DNA of 64,000 nucleotides from Alphaproteobacteria bacterium MarineAlpha5_Bin12 (GTDB lineage: Bacteria; Pseudomonadota; Alphaproteobacteria; HIMB59; GCA-002718135). Positions 41,234 to 49,931 of the stretch are shown here, one piece after another. Both the position numbers and the translations under genes were made by a program. Location: the NCBI GenBank assembly GCA_002937855.1, contig PTKS01000003.1:134433-198432 (forward strand), given 5' to 3'. Positions within the stretch are counted from its first letter, which is position 1. Each line of letters begins with the position of its first letter. Below the pieces are notes generated by a model. That model was given only the letters and a program-made list of their open reading frames with translations, made no database searches and was not told the origin of the DNA.

Positions 41234-42229
41234 ATGAAAAAAAATAATCGAAATTACAAAGGTTTAATTGATCTAGCACAGCCAAGATTAGGAAGTAAAA
41301 TAATTTATAAAACTGATGAATTTTTTGGATCAGCAAAAAGATTAATTTCACCTGAAAAACCTGTTTGGAAAGAAGGTGTGTATGATAAAAATGGTAAATG
41401 GATGGATGGATGGGAGACACGTAGAAAACGTAGTAATGGAAATGACTATCTTATTATTAAATTAGGTAAATCAGGTTTAATTAAAAATATTGATATTGAC
41501 ACATCTTTTTTTAATGGGAATCAACCAGAATATATTTCATTAGAAGGAACCAATTCAGTGGTTTTAAAAAATGATAGAAATATTATTTGGAAAAAGATTA
41601 TAAAAAAATCAAAAGTTTTTCCTAATAAAAATAACCAGTTTAAAAGTGCAACAAATTCAACATTTAAATATATTAAATTAAATATTTTTCCTGATGGTGG
41701 TATAGCAAGATTAAGGTTATTTGGTAATATCAAAGTTGATAGCAAAAAAATTTCAAAAAATAAATTAATTGAGTTGTCATCAATTTTAAATGGTGCTTCA
41801 ATAATAGCTACCAATAATGAACATTTTGGAAAAGCAGAAAATATTTTAGCTCCTGGTAATTCATTGAATATGGGTGATGGATGGGAAACCAGAAGGAGAA
41901 GAGGAAAGGGATATGACTGGGTGATAGTTAAATTTGGAATACCAGGTATTGTTAAAAGTATAAAAGTAGGAACAAAATATTTTAAAGGTAACTATCCAAA
42001 TCATTGCACTTTTCAAACAGCTTATGTATCAAATTCAAAAAGATTTAATATGAATCAAAGTAATAAATGGAAATATTTAACAAAAAAAATTAAATTATAT
42101 CCTAATAAAATTCATAATATTAAAAAAAATATAATACATAAAGAAATTTCAAATTATATTAAATTAAATATTTATCCAGATGGTGGAATATCTAGAATAA
42201 AAATTTTTGGAATTAAAAAAGATAAATGA
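41234..42229 (+). CDS. alc: Allantoicase
   Basis: 331 aa. Two allantoicase repeats, each with GWETRR (GWETRRKR and GWETRRRR) and ending in PDGG(I/A)(S/A)R. Confidence 0.9.
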   Translation: MKKNNRNYKGLIDLAQPRLGSKIIYKTDEFFGSAKRLISPEKPVWKEGVYDKNGKWMDGWETRRKRSNGNDYLIIKLGKSGLIKNIDIDTSFFNGNQPEYISLEGTNSVVLKNDRNIIWKKIIKKSKVFPNKNNQFKSATNSTFKYIKLNIFPDGGIARLRLFGNIKVDSKKISKNKLIELSSILNGASIIATNNEHFGKAENILAPGNSLNMGDGWETRRRRGKGYDWVIVKFGIPGIVKSIKVGTKYFKGNYPNHCTFQTAYVSNSKRFNMNQSNKWKYLTKKIKLYPNKIHNIKKNIIHKEISNYIKLNIYPDGGISRIKIFGIKKDK

Positions 42230-42723
42230 ATTTCACAATATTTCCAATGAAAATTACTAATCATAATTTCAAAAATTATGGAAACTTAATTTCAATTAAA
42301 AATAAAAGATTCAAAAACATAAATAACGGATATGCTAAGAATTTTTATGATTTAGCAAAAATTGATATTAAAAAAGCAAAAGGTACGCCTAAATTAAGCA
42401 TTTTTAAGGTTAAAGCGAGAAAATTCCCTTTTAAAATTGAATTAATGGAGAGGCATCCAATCAGTTCACAATTATTTTTTCCTCTCGATAAGCATAAATT
42501 TTTAGTTGTAGTATCAAATTCAAAGCTTAACCCCCATCCTGATACTTTAAGATCTTTTATTGTTCCAGAAAATTGTGGAATTAATTATAAAGCTGGAGTA
42601 TGGCATTATCCACTTATAGCAAAAAAAAATTCACTGTTTTTAGTATTTGATAGAAAAGGATCTAAAAAAAATTTAGAAATATTTAAATATAAAAAAGAAA
42701 ACATAAAATTATCTTATGAATAA
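42226..42723 (+). CDS. allA: Ureidoglycolate lyase (AllA family)
   Basis: 165 aa. Size, the ERHP motif and its position after allantoicase. 4-nt overlap on the upstream (allantoicase) side and 8-nt overlap with the downstream ABC ATPase gene. Confidence 0.85.
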   Translation: MNFTIFPMKITNHNFKNYGNLISIKNKRFKNINNGYAKNFYDLAKIDIKKAKGTPKLSIFKVKARKFPFKIELMERHPISSQLFFPLDKHKFLVVVSNSKLNPHPDTLRSFIVPENCGINYKAGVWHYPLIAKKNSLFLVFDRKGSKKNLEIFKYKKENIKLSYE

Positions 42724-44218
42724 TATAATTGAAATTAAAAAATTATCTAAATCTTTTCCTGGTACTTTAGCGAATGATAATATTAGCTTTAATATAAAAA
42801 ATAATAGCGTTCATGCAATTTTAGGTGAGAATGGAGCAGGTAAAAGTACATTAGTAAAAATTTTATATGGTATTTTAGAACCTGATAATGGGACAATTTT
42901 ACTAAATAATAAAAATTTTGCTGTTAAATCGCCTTCGGAATCAAGAAATTTAGGAATTGGTATGGTATTTCAACATTTTTCCTTATTTGATTCATTAACA
43001 GTTGCTGAGAATTTGGTTCTTGGTTTAGATGAAAATATTTCTTTTTCAAAATTAAAAGAACAAGTTGAATCAATATCTTTAAAATATGAATTACCTCTTG
43101 ACTATGATGCTCCTATAACGAATTTATCAGCAGGAGAAAAACAGAGAGTAGAAATTGTTAGAATATTATTACAAAATCCTAAAGTTTTAATTATGGATGA
43201 ACCTACTTCAGTTTTAACACCTCAAGAAGTTGATAAATTATTTGTTACTCTAAGAAAATTAATTAACGATGATAAAACTATTTTATATATTACTCACAAA
43301 TTAGAAGAAGTTAAAAAAATTTGCGATGAAGTTACAATTATGAGAAATGGCAAAATAATAGAGACATGTAACGCAAAAAATGAAGATGTTAAATCTCTAG
43401 CATCTAAAATGTTGGGAAAAAAATTACCAGAAATTGAAAAATCAAAAATAAATTCTGATAACAAAAAAACTGTTTTTGAAGTTAATAATTTGGATTTAAA
43501 ATATAATGATCCATTCTTAGTAGATTTAAACAATATTTCATTTAAAGTCAGGGAAGGTGAAATTTTTGGAATTGCTGGAATTGCAGGTAATGGGCAATCA
43601 GAGATAATGAATATTCTAACTGGTGAAGAAATAATTAAAAAAAAATCTGCAATTAAATGTTTTGGAACAGATATTGGAAATTTAGGTCCTAAAAAAAGAA
43701 GGGAAATGTCTATTGCTTTTGTTCCTGAAGATAGATTAGGTCATAGTGCAATACCACAATTATCTCTTTTAGATAATGTGTTATTAAGTCAATTTAAAGG
43801 TAATCAATTTTCTAAATTTGGCGTAATAAATAAAAATGAAATCAAAGAAAAAACTATAGAAATTATTAAAAATTTTAATGTTGTAACAACTGGTTATAAT
43901 AGTTTTGCGGGAAGTTTATCAGGCGGCAATCTGCAAAAATTTGTTATTGGAAGAGAAATTTTATCAAATCCTAAAATTCTTATAATTTCTCATCCTACTT
44001 GGGGTATTGATGCTGGCGCAGAATTATTTATAAGGCAATCTTTAATAAATTTAGCTAAAAAAGGAACTGCAATAATTGTTATTTCTCAAGATATTGATGA
44101 ATTACTTGAAATCACTGATCGTATATCAGTTATTTATAAAGGAAATTTATCTGATCCGTTAGATACCAAAAATATATCTTTAGAAAAATTAGGGCTTCTT
44201 ATGGGAGGAAAATTTTAG
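42716..44218 (+). CDS. ABC transporter ATP-binding protein, duplicated ATPase (BMP/nucleoside-type system)
   Basis: 500 aa. Walker A GENGAGKST, with signatures LSAGEKQRV and LSGGNLQKF. Confidence 0.9.
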   Translation: MNNIIEIKKLSKSFPGTLANDNISFNIKNNSVHAILGENGAGKSTLVKILYGILEPDNGTILLNNKNFAVKSPSESRNLGIGMVFQHFSLFDSLTVAENLVLGLDENISFSKLKEQVESISLKYELPLDYDAPITNLSAGEKQRVEIVRILLQNPKVLIMDEPTSVLTPQEVDKLFVTLRKLINDDKTILYITHKLEEVKKICDEVTIMRNGKIIETCNAKNEDVKSLASKMLGKKLPEIEKSKINSDNKKTVFEVNNLDLKYNDPFLVDLNNISFKVREGEIFGIAGIAGNGQSEIMNILTGEEIIKKKSAIKCFGTDIGNLGPKKRREMSIAFVPEDRLGHSAIPQLSLLDNVLLSQFKGNQFSKFGVINKNEIKEKTIEIIKNFNVVTTGYNSFAGSLSGGNLQKFVIGREILSNPKILIISHPTWGIDAGAELFIRQSLINLAKKGTAIIVISQDIDELLEITDRISVIYKGNLSDPLDTKNISLEKLGLLMGGKF

Positions 44219-44219
44219 A

Positions 44220-45311
44220 ATGAAAAGTTATTTACCTAAAATTATTTCAAGAGGCCATCCTTCAACTATAATGAGTTATTGGGCACCTGTAATTGCAATT
44301 TTTTTAACTTTACTTACTGGTTCAATTATTTTTTCATTTATGGGTTTTAATCCTTTATTTGCTCTTCATACTTTTTTTATATCACCAATTTCTACTTCTT
44401 ATGGAATTTCTGAATTATTCCTTAAAGCAACTCCCTTGGCATTAATAGGAGTCGGATTAGCATTTTGTTTTAAAAATAATATTTATAATATTGGCGCAGA
44501 AGGACAATTAACAATGGGTGCTATATTTGGAGGAGGAATAGGCATTCTTTTTTCTTCTCTAGATGTTAATGGATTTTGGGTTTTGCCAATTGTAATTTTA
44601 TTTGGAGCTATTGGAGGTGCTTTTTGGGCTTTGATCCCTGCAATACTCAAAATTAAATTTAATACTAATGAAATTTTAACTAGTTTGATGTTAGTTTATA
44701 TTGCCGCTTTAATTTTAGATTATTTAGTAGTTGGTCCCTGGAGAGACCCTCAGGGTTATAGCTTTCCTAAAACAAGACCATTTAATGAATCTTCTAGAAT
44801 GCCATTATTATTTGAAGGTTTAAGAATTCATTTTGGTTTAATCTTAACTATAATTTCAATTTTAGTATCATGGTTTATATTTTCAAAAACTATTTTAGGA
44901 TACCAATTAAAGGTTTCAGGTTTAAGCCCTAAAGCTTCTAAATTTGCTGGTTTTAGTCAAAATTCCTTAGTTGTACTTACTTTTATAATTTGTGGTTCAT
45001 TTGCAGGTATTGCAGGTGTTGGTGAAGTTACTGGTCCAATTGGGTTAATATATAGAGATATTTCTCCAAATTATGGCTTTACAGCAATAATTGTAGCTTT
45101 CTTAGGCAGACTACATCCTATAGGAATTATTTTTTCATCTTTAATTATAGCTTTAACATATTTAGGCGCAGAGGATGCTCAATTATTTATGCAAGTTCCA
45201 CAAGCTGTTGGATTTGTATTTCAAGGTCTTGTATTATTCTACTTGTTGGGAGCAGATCTTTTAATAAATTATAAAATAACATTTAACAAAAAAGAGATTT
45301 ATGAATTTTGA
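44220..45311 (+). CDS. ABC transporter permease (BMP/nucleoside-type system)
   Basis: 363 aa polytopic protein, including an NIGAEGQ motif. Confidence 0.85.
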   Translation: MKSYLPKIISRGHPSTIMSYWAPVIAIFLTLLTGSIIFSFMGFNPLFALHTFFISPISTSYGISELFLKATPLALIGVGLAFCFKNNIYNIGAEGQLTMGAIFGGGIGILFSSLDVNGFWVLPIVILFGAIGGAFWALIPAILKIKFNTNEILTSLMLVYIAALILDYLVVGPWRDPQGYSFPKTRPFNESSRMPLLFEGLRIHFGLILTIISILVSWFIFSKTILGYQLKVSGLSPKASKFAGFSQNSLVVLTFIICGSFAGIAGVGEVTGPIGLIYRDISPNYGFTAIIVAFLGRLHPIGIIFSSLIIALTYLGAEDAQLFMQVPQAVGFVFQGLVLFYLLGADLLINYKITFNKKEIYEF

Positions 45312-46170
45312 TCTAATAATAAGTATTATAAATATTGTTTTAATTGCAACAACCCCTTTAGTTTTTGCTTCAATGGGTGAACTTATAACTGAAAAATCTG
45401 GAGTATTAAATTTAGGTGTTGAGGGTATGATGTTGGTTGGCGCAGTGACAGCCTTTGTTACTTTAGTGATTACAGAAAATTATTTTTTAACTTTTTTGAT
45501 AGGGACTCTATCTGGTGTTATTATGGCTTCTTTGTTTGCTTTTTTAGTTTTAATTTTAATGTCAAATCAAGTTGCTACTGGATTGGCTTTAACAATTTTT
45601 GGAATTGGCTTGAGTTCTATGATTGGAAAGAAATATATTGGAACACCTATAGTAGGGGTAAGTCCATACTATTTTATTGTTTTTTCATTTATCCTTGTTT
45701 TTTTAATTAGTTATTTTTTATATAAAACAAAATCTGGACTTATACTCCGAGCAGTTGGTGAATCTCATACTTCAGCTCATGCCCAAGGATATAATGTAAT
45801 AAAAATTAGATTTTTGTCTATAATTTTTGGAGGAGCTATGTGTGCTCTTGCTGGCTCTTATATGAGCATTGCTTATGCTCCTATGTGGCAAGAAAATATG
45901 GTTGCTGGCAGAGGCTGGATAGCTTTAGCATTAGTAGTTTTTGCAACTTGGAAGCCTGGTAGAGCTCTTCTCGGAGCATATATTTTTGGAAGTGTAAGTA
46001 TTTTACAAATGAATCTTCAGGGTTTTGGAGTAAGAATTCCTGCTCAATTTTTTGTTATGGCTCCTTATTTAGCTACAATAATAGTATTAGTTATAATTTC
46101 TAATGATAGATTGAGAATAAAATTAAGTGCCCCTGCTTGCCTTACACTACCTTTTTTTAAAGGTAGATAA
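45301..46170 (+). CDS. ABC transporter permease (BMP/nucleoside-type system)
   Basis: 289 aa polytopic protein with an NLGVEGMM motif. Overlaps the preceding permease gene. Confidence 0.85.
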   Translation: MNFDLIISIINIVLIATTPLVFASMGELITEKSGVLNLGVEGMMLVGAVTAFVTLVITENYFLTFLIGTLSGVIMASLFAFLVLILMSNQVATGLALTIFGIGLSSMIGKKYIGTPIVGVSPYYFIVFSFILVFLISYFLYKTKSGLILRAVGESHTSAHAQGYNVIKIRFLSIIFGGAMCALAGSYMSIAYAPMWQENMVAGRGWIALALVVFATWKPGRALLGAYIFGSVSILQMNLQGFGVRIPAQFFVMAPYLATIIVLVIISNDRLRIKLSAPACLTLPFFKGR

Positions 46171-46282
46171 TTAAATTATATCCACTGTTTTTTTATTGAT
46201 AATTGTCTTTTTTCAATGGAATCTGTAAAAATTATATATGATAATGTCGAATAACATAGAGAAACAGGGGAGGTTTCAAACT

Positions 46283-47356
46283 ATGAAAATTATTTTAAAT
46301 TATATACTGATTTTACCAATAGCTTTAATTTGGTCTTCTATTTCTTTAGCAGATCCTCTTAAAGTTGGTTACATTTATATAGGTCCTCCAGGTGATCATG
46401 GATGGACATATGAACATGATCAAGGAAGAAAATATAGTGTTAACAAATTAGGTGATAAAATTTCAACTACGTATTTAGAAAATATACCTGAGAATGCTGA
46501 TGCTGTTAGAGCTATAAGAAAATTAGCTTCTTCTGGTCATGAATTAATATTTACAACTTCTTTTAACTATATGGATCAAACTCTAGAAGTTGCAAAAGAA
46601 TTTCCTAATGTAAAATTTGAACATGCTACTGGATATAAAAGAGCTGACAATGTTTCAACTTATTCTGCACGCTTTTACGAAGGCCGAGCAGTTATTGGAC
46701 ATATTGCTGGTCATATGACGGAAACTAATACAATTGGATATATTGCATCATTTCCTATTCCAGAAGTTATAAGAGGTATCAATGCATTTTATTTAGCTGC
46801 TTCAAAAGTTAATCCAGATATTAAGATAAAAATTATTTGGAATTTTTCTTGGTATGACCCAGGTAAAGAAGCAGATGCTGCAAATACTCTTATTGGACAA
46901 GGAGCTGATATTATAGTTCAACACACTGATACATATGCACCTTGCCAAGCTGCAGAAAAAGCTGGTGTAATGGCTTTTGGCCAGGCATCTGATCAAAGTG
47001 CTTTCTGTCCTAATGCACATCTTACAGCAATCATAGATGATTGGGGACCATATTATGCTGAAAGAACTGAAGCAGTACTTAATGGTACTTGGGAATCTAT
47101 AGATACTTGGCATGGTATGAAAGAAGGTATGGTTGTGATGGCACCATATAATACTAAATTAATGCCTTCTAAGTTAATTCAAGAAGCTGTTAATATGGAA
47201 GTTGCTATAAAAGATGGTTCTTTACATCCTTTTACAGGGCCTATAAAAAATCAAGCTGGAGAAATTGTTGTTCCAGCAGGCGCTGTAGCTGATGATGGTA
47301 TGTTAGCTGGCATGAGTTTCTATGTTGAAGGTATTGACGGAGACGTTCCACAATAA
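46283..47356 (+). CDS. BMP-family ABC substrate-binding protein (probable purine/nucleoside binding)
   Basis: Preferred start is the Met at 46283. It is preceded by AGGGGAGG 9 nt upstream and gives a classic signal peptide MKIILNYILILPIALIWSSISLA|DP. The ORF-track start at 46238 adds 15 hydrophilic aa. The mature part resembles Med/PnrA/TmpC-type binding proteins. Confidence 0.85.
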   Translation: MKIILNYILILPIALIWSSISLADPLKVGYIYIGPPGDHGWTYEHDQGRKYSVNKLGDKISTTYLENIPENADAVRAIRKLASSGHELIFTTSFNYMDQTLEVAKEFPNVKFEHATGYKRADNVSTYSARFYEGRAVIGHIAGHMTETNTIGYIASFPIPEVIRGINAFYLAASKVNPDIKIKIIWNFSWYDPGKEADAANTLIGQGADIIVQHTDTYAPCQAAEKAGVMAFGQASDQSAFCPNAHLTAIIDDWGPYYAERTEAVLNGTWESIDTWHGMKEGMVVMAPYNTKLMPSKLIQEAVNMEVAIKDGSLHPFTGPIKNQAGEIVVPAGAVADDGMLAGMSFYVEGIDGDVPQ

Positions 47357-47373
47357 ATTTTATTATCGATTAA

Positions 47374-47401
47374 CAACCCTCCATAAATAAATGGAGGGTT
47401 G
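47374..47401 (+). terminator. Strong 11-bp perfect hairpin after the binding-protein gene
   Basis: CAACCCTCCAT-AAATAA-ATGGAGGGTTG, 18 nt after the stop. It is followed by A/T-rich sequence (attatataaattata), not a clean U-run. Confidence 0.6.
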
Positions 47402-47430
47402 ATTATATAAATTATACAAATAGGAATAAT

Positions 47431-47952
47431 ATGTCTGATATACATGTATCATGGGATGATTATCATTCTAAAACGGAACAATTGGCATTACAAATATATG
47501 AAGATGGATGGAAATTTAATCAAGTAATTTGCATTGCTAAAGGTGGTATGAGAGTAGGGGATGTATTCGCAAGACTTTTTAATGTTCCTTTGGCAATTCT
47601 CTCAGTAGAATCATATAGAGGAGATGGAAATAAAAAAGATCAAAGAGGTTCAGTAATATTTTCTAGAGATTTAGCGAAGACAACTCCAAATATTGGATCT
47701 AAAGTATTATTAGTTGATGATCTTGCTGACTCAGGAATTACTCTTAAAAAAAGTATTGATTGGCTTGAACATATTTATGGATTTTATTTAGATGAACCAA
47801 TTCGTACTGGTGTAATATATTATAAATCCGTATCAAATTATAAACCAAATTATTATGTTGATTATTTAAGTGATTCCCCATGGATACATTTCCCATATGA
47901 ACAATATGAAGGTTTAGATATAGAAAAATTGAAAAAAAAATTAAATAAATAA
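47431..47952 (+). CDS. Purine phosphoribosyltransferase family protein (xanthine/hypoxanthine-guanine PRT-like)
   Basis: 173 aa. PRPP-binding loop VLLVDDLADSGITL. Base specificity is not determinable from sequence by eye. Confidence 0.75.
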   Translation: MSDIHVSWDDYHSKTEQLALQIYEDGWKFNQVICIAKGGMRVGDVFARLFNVPLAILSVESYRGDGNKKDQRGSVIFSRDLAKTTPNIGSKVLLVDDLADSGITLKKSIDWLEHIYGFYLDEPIRTGVIYYKSVSNYKPNYYVDYLSDSPWIHFPYEQYEGLDIEKLKKKLNK

Positions 47953-47954
47953 TT

Positions 47955-48155
47955 GTGATCTATTGGTTAATAATTATTTCTGGTACAATAATTTTTTCCT
48001 TAGGTATGAGTAGAGCTTTATATAATTTGATATTTAATAATCAAAAATATTCTAAAATATTTAAAAAATACAATATTTTTTATAGATTTGTATTTATTTT
48101 TTTTGGATTAATATGTGTTTTTTCAGGACTTTATGTTGAGAGTATAGTTAATTAA
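47955..48155 (+). CDS. Hypothetical small two-TM membrane protein
   Basis: 66 aa. GTG start 2 nt after the PRT stop. Two hydrophobic helices. No family recognised. Confidence 0.35.
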   Translation: MIYWLIIISGTIIFSLGMSRALYNLIFNNQKYSKIFKKYNIFYRFVFIFFGLICVFSGLYVESIVN

Positions 48156-48484
48156 TATCTTCTTAATGAGGTATCTACCAGCGCTGCCCAAGCATCAATT
48201 CCACCAAGAACATTCACAGCATAGGTACAACCTTTAGATTTAAGCCATTTTACAGCAACTTGACTCCTAACACCTGTGTGACACATTACAAATACATTCT
48301 TATTTAAATCAAGCTGGTCATAACTGTTAGCTAACTCAGATAGTTTTATATTTATAGTATTTCCTAGCGATACTAGTTTTCTTTCAGAATCATCCCTAAT
48401 ATCTACAATTTGTATATTTGAATCTAAATCAATTAATTTCTTTAATTCTTGGACAGAAATTTCGCTATTTTTGTATAAATCCAT
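48152..48484 (-). CDS. Single-domain rhodanese (sulfurtransferase)
   Basis: 110 aa. Active-site loop CHTGVRS. Confidence 0.85.
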   Translation of the reverse strand: MDLYKNSEISVQELKKLIDLDSNIQIVDIRDDSERKLVSLGNTINIKLSELANSYDQLDLNKNVFVMCHTGVRSQVAVKWLKSKGCTYAVNVLGGIDAWAALVDTSLRRY

Positions 48485-48594
48485 TGAATCATTATAACAT
48501 TTGTTAACTATATTGAAATTTAATTTATTGTTTTAAAATAAAAAATATGTATAGATGCTATTTTTCTATTATTTAACAATTATTGAACTAATTT

Positions 48595-48903
48595 ATGCCA
48601 AAAAAATTAAATTTCGCAGCTTATGGAAGAGATTCTTATTATCATAGAGAATGGTTTAAGAGGCACGGATTTAAATTTGATAGAAGTAGCAAAAAATGGG
48701 TTTTGTATAATGTATCTAATGAGCAAGCTGAAGATTATGCAAGTTATTGTAGAGAGTATGGACTAAGCTTTGACAGATCTGATAGAAACATTGAAAATTT
48801 TAATTATGTTGAATATCTATGGGAAGGTAGACGAGAAGATTATATGAAACCATATGAAAATAAAGTTTTACCAACTCCCCTTAGTAAAAAAAATAACAGT
48901 TAA
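48595..48903 (+). CDS. Hypothetical basic protein with an internal G-[FL]-x-F-D-R-S repeat
   Basis: 102 aa. RHGFKFDRSSKKWVLY and EYGLSFDRSDRN. The first copy resembles the small K-x2-G-A-x-W/F-D-x3-K-x-W module found on phage/plasmid primases and topoisomerases (DUF5710-like). This resemblance is from memory only. Confidence 0.5.
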   Translation: MPKKLNFAAYGRDSYYHREWFKRHGFKFDRSSKKWVLYNVSNEQAEDYASYCREYGLSFDRSDRNIENFNYVEYLWEGRREDYMKPYENKVLPTPLSKKNNS

Positions 48904-48912
48904 CCTGTTAAA

Positions 48913-49821
48913 TTGATTAACCTTTTAGTTAAAAATAATTTTTTTTTACTGATTGTTCTTAGCTCTATTTGGGGTTCAGCATTTATTGCTATTAAAGTAG
49001 CGGTTTCAACAATAAATCCGATAAGTTTAGTTGCATTAAGATTAGTTATTGGTGCAACATTTTTATTAATTTATTTTAAAATTTCAAAAAAAACTTTTGT
49101 ATATGATTATAAAACATATTTTTATATTTTTTTAATTGCATTAATTGGAAATTTTATTCCATTTTACTTAATAAGTTGGTCCGAAATATATATACCTTCA
49201 AATTTAGCCGGTCTTTTACTTTCAATAGCACCAATTTTTGCAATTATACTTTCACATTTTTTTACAAAAGATGATAAATTTAATTTATTAAAATTTTCAG
49301 GTATATTAATTGGCCTTATAGGAACAGTTTTTTTATTAGGTCTAAATGATTTATCTTTATTTTTTGAAGGTAATTTTATTTTAATTCCAAAATTTGCAAT
49401 TATATTAGCTGCTTTAGGTTATGTAATTTCATCTATAATTGCATATAATCTAAAAAGGATTAATATTTTAGCTTTGACAACTCTAACAACTTCTTTTGCT
49501 GCTTTAATTTCATTACCTTTTTCTATAATTTATGAATTTAATAATTATACACATCCATCTTTAATTTCATTAGTATCAGTTTTCTATTTAGGAATTATGC
49601 CTACAGCTATTGCATTTCTATTAAGATTTCATTTGATAAGTAAAGCTGGACCAGTATTTTTATCCTATGTTGCATACCTTATTCCTATTTTTGCTATTTT
49701 TTGGGGCTATGTCTTTTTAGGTGAAATTGTAAAAATTGAACAAACTATTGCTATAGTGTTTATTTTCATTGGAATATACGTTGGTCAAAAGGGTTCTAAT
49801 GTAAAAAATGACTTACAATAG
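48913..49821 (+). CDS. DMT-superfamily (EamA) transporter
   Basis: 302 aa with about 10 TM helices. TTG start as given in the ORF track. Confidence 0.8.
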   Translation: MINLLVKNNFFLLIVLSSIWGSAFIAIKVAVSTINPISLVALRLVIGATFLLIYFKISKKTFVYDYKTYFYIFLIALIGNFIPFYLISWSEIYIPSNLAGLLLSIAPIFAIILSHFFTKDDKFNLLKFSGILIGLIGTVFLLGLNDLSLFFEGNFILIPKFAIILAALGYVISSIIAYNLKRINILALTTLTTSFAALISLPFSIIYEFNNYTHPSLISLVSVFYLGIMPTAIAFLLRFHLISKAGPVFLSYVAYLIPIFAIFWGYVFLGEIVKIEQTIAIVFIFIGIYVGQKGSNVKNDLQ

Positions 49822-49931
49822 GATACAAAATTAACAAAATTATTATTATTATTGAAATTGACGCTGCATTAAACACATTTTTAGGCATTTTATTATTGAT
49901 TTTATCTTAATTTTATAGTCTATATTTATTT

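Noticed and set aside
46238-46282. ORF-track start of the BMP binding protein at 46238
   Set aside because: The Met at 46283 is preceded by AGGGGAGG and begins a textbook signal peptide. The upstream 15 codons are hydrophilic and would bury the SD in the coding sequence.
49839-49853. (ATT)5 trinucleotide run upstream of the TrpB2-like operon, and a TTGACG hexamer at 49858-49863
   Set aside because: Five repeats is too short to argue for phase variation. No acceptable -10 element lies 16-18 bp after the TTGACG, so no promoter call is made.
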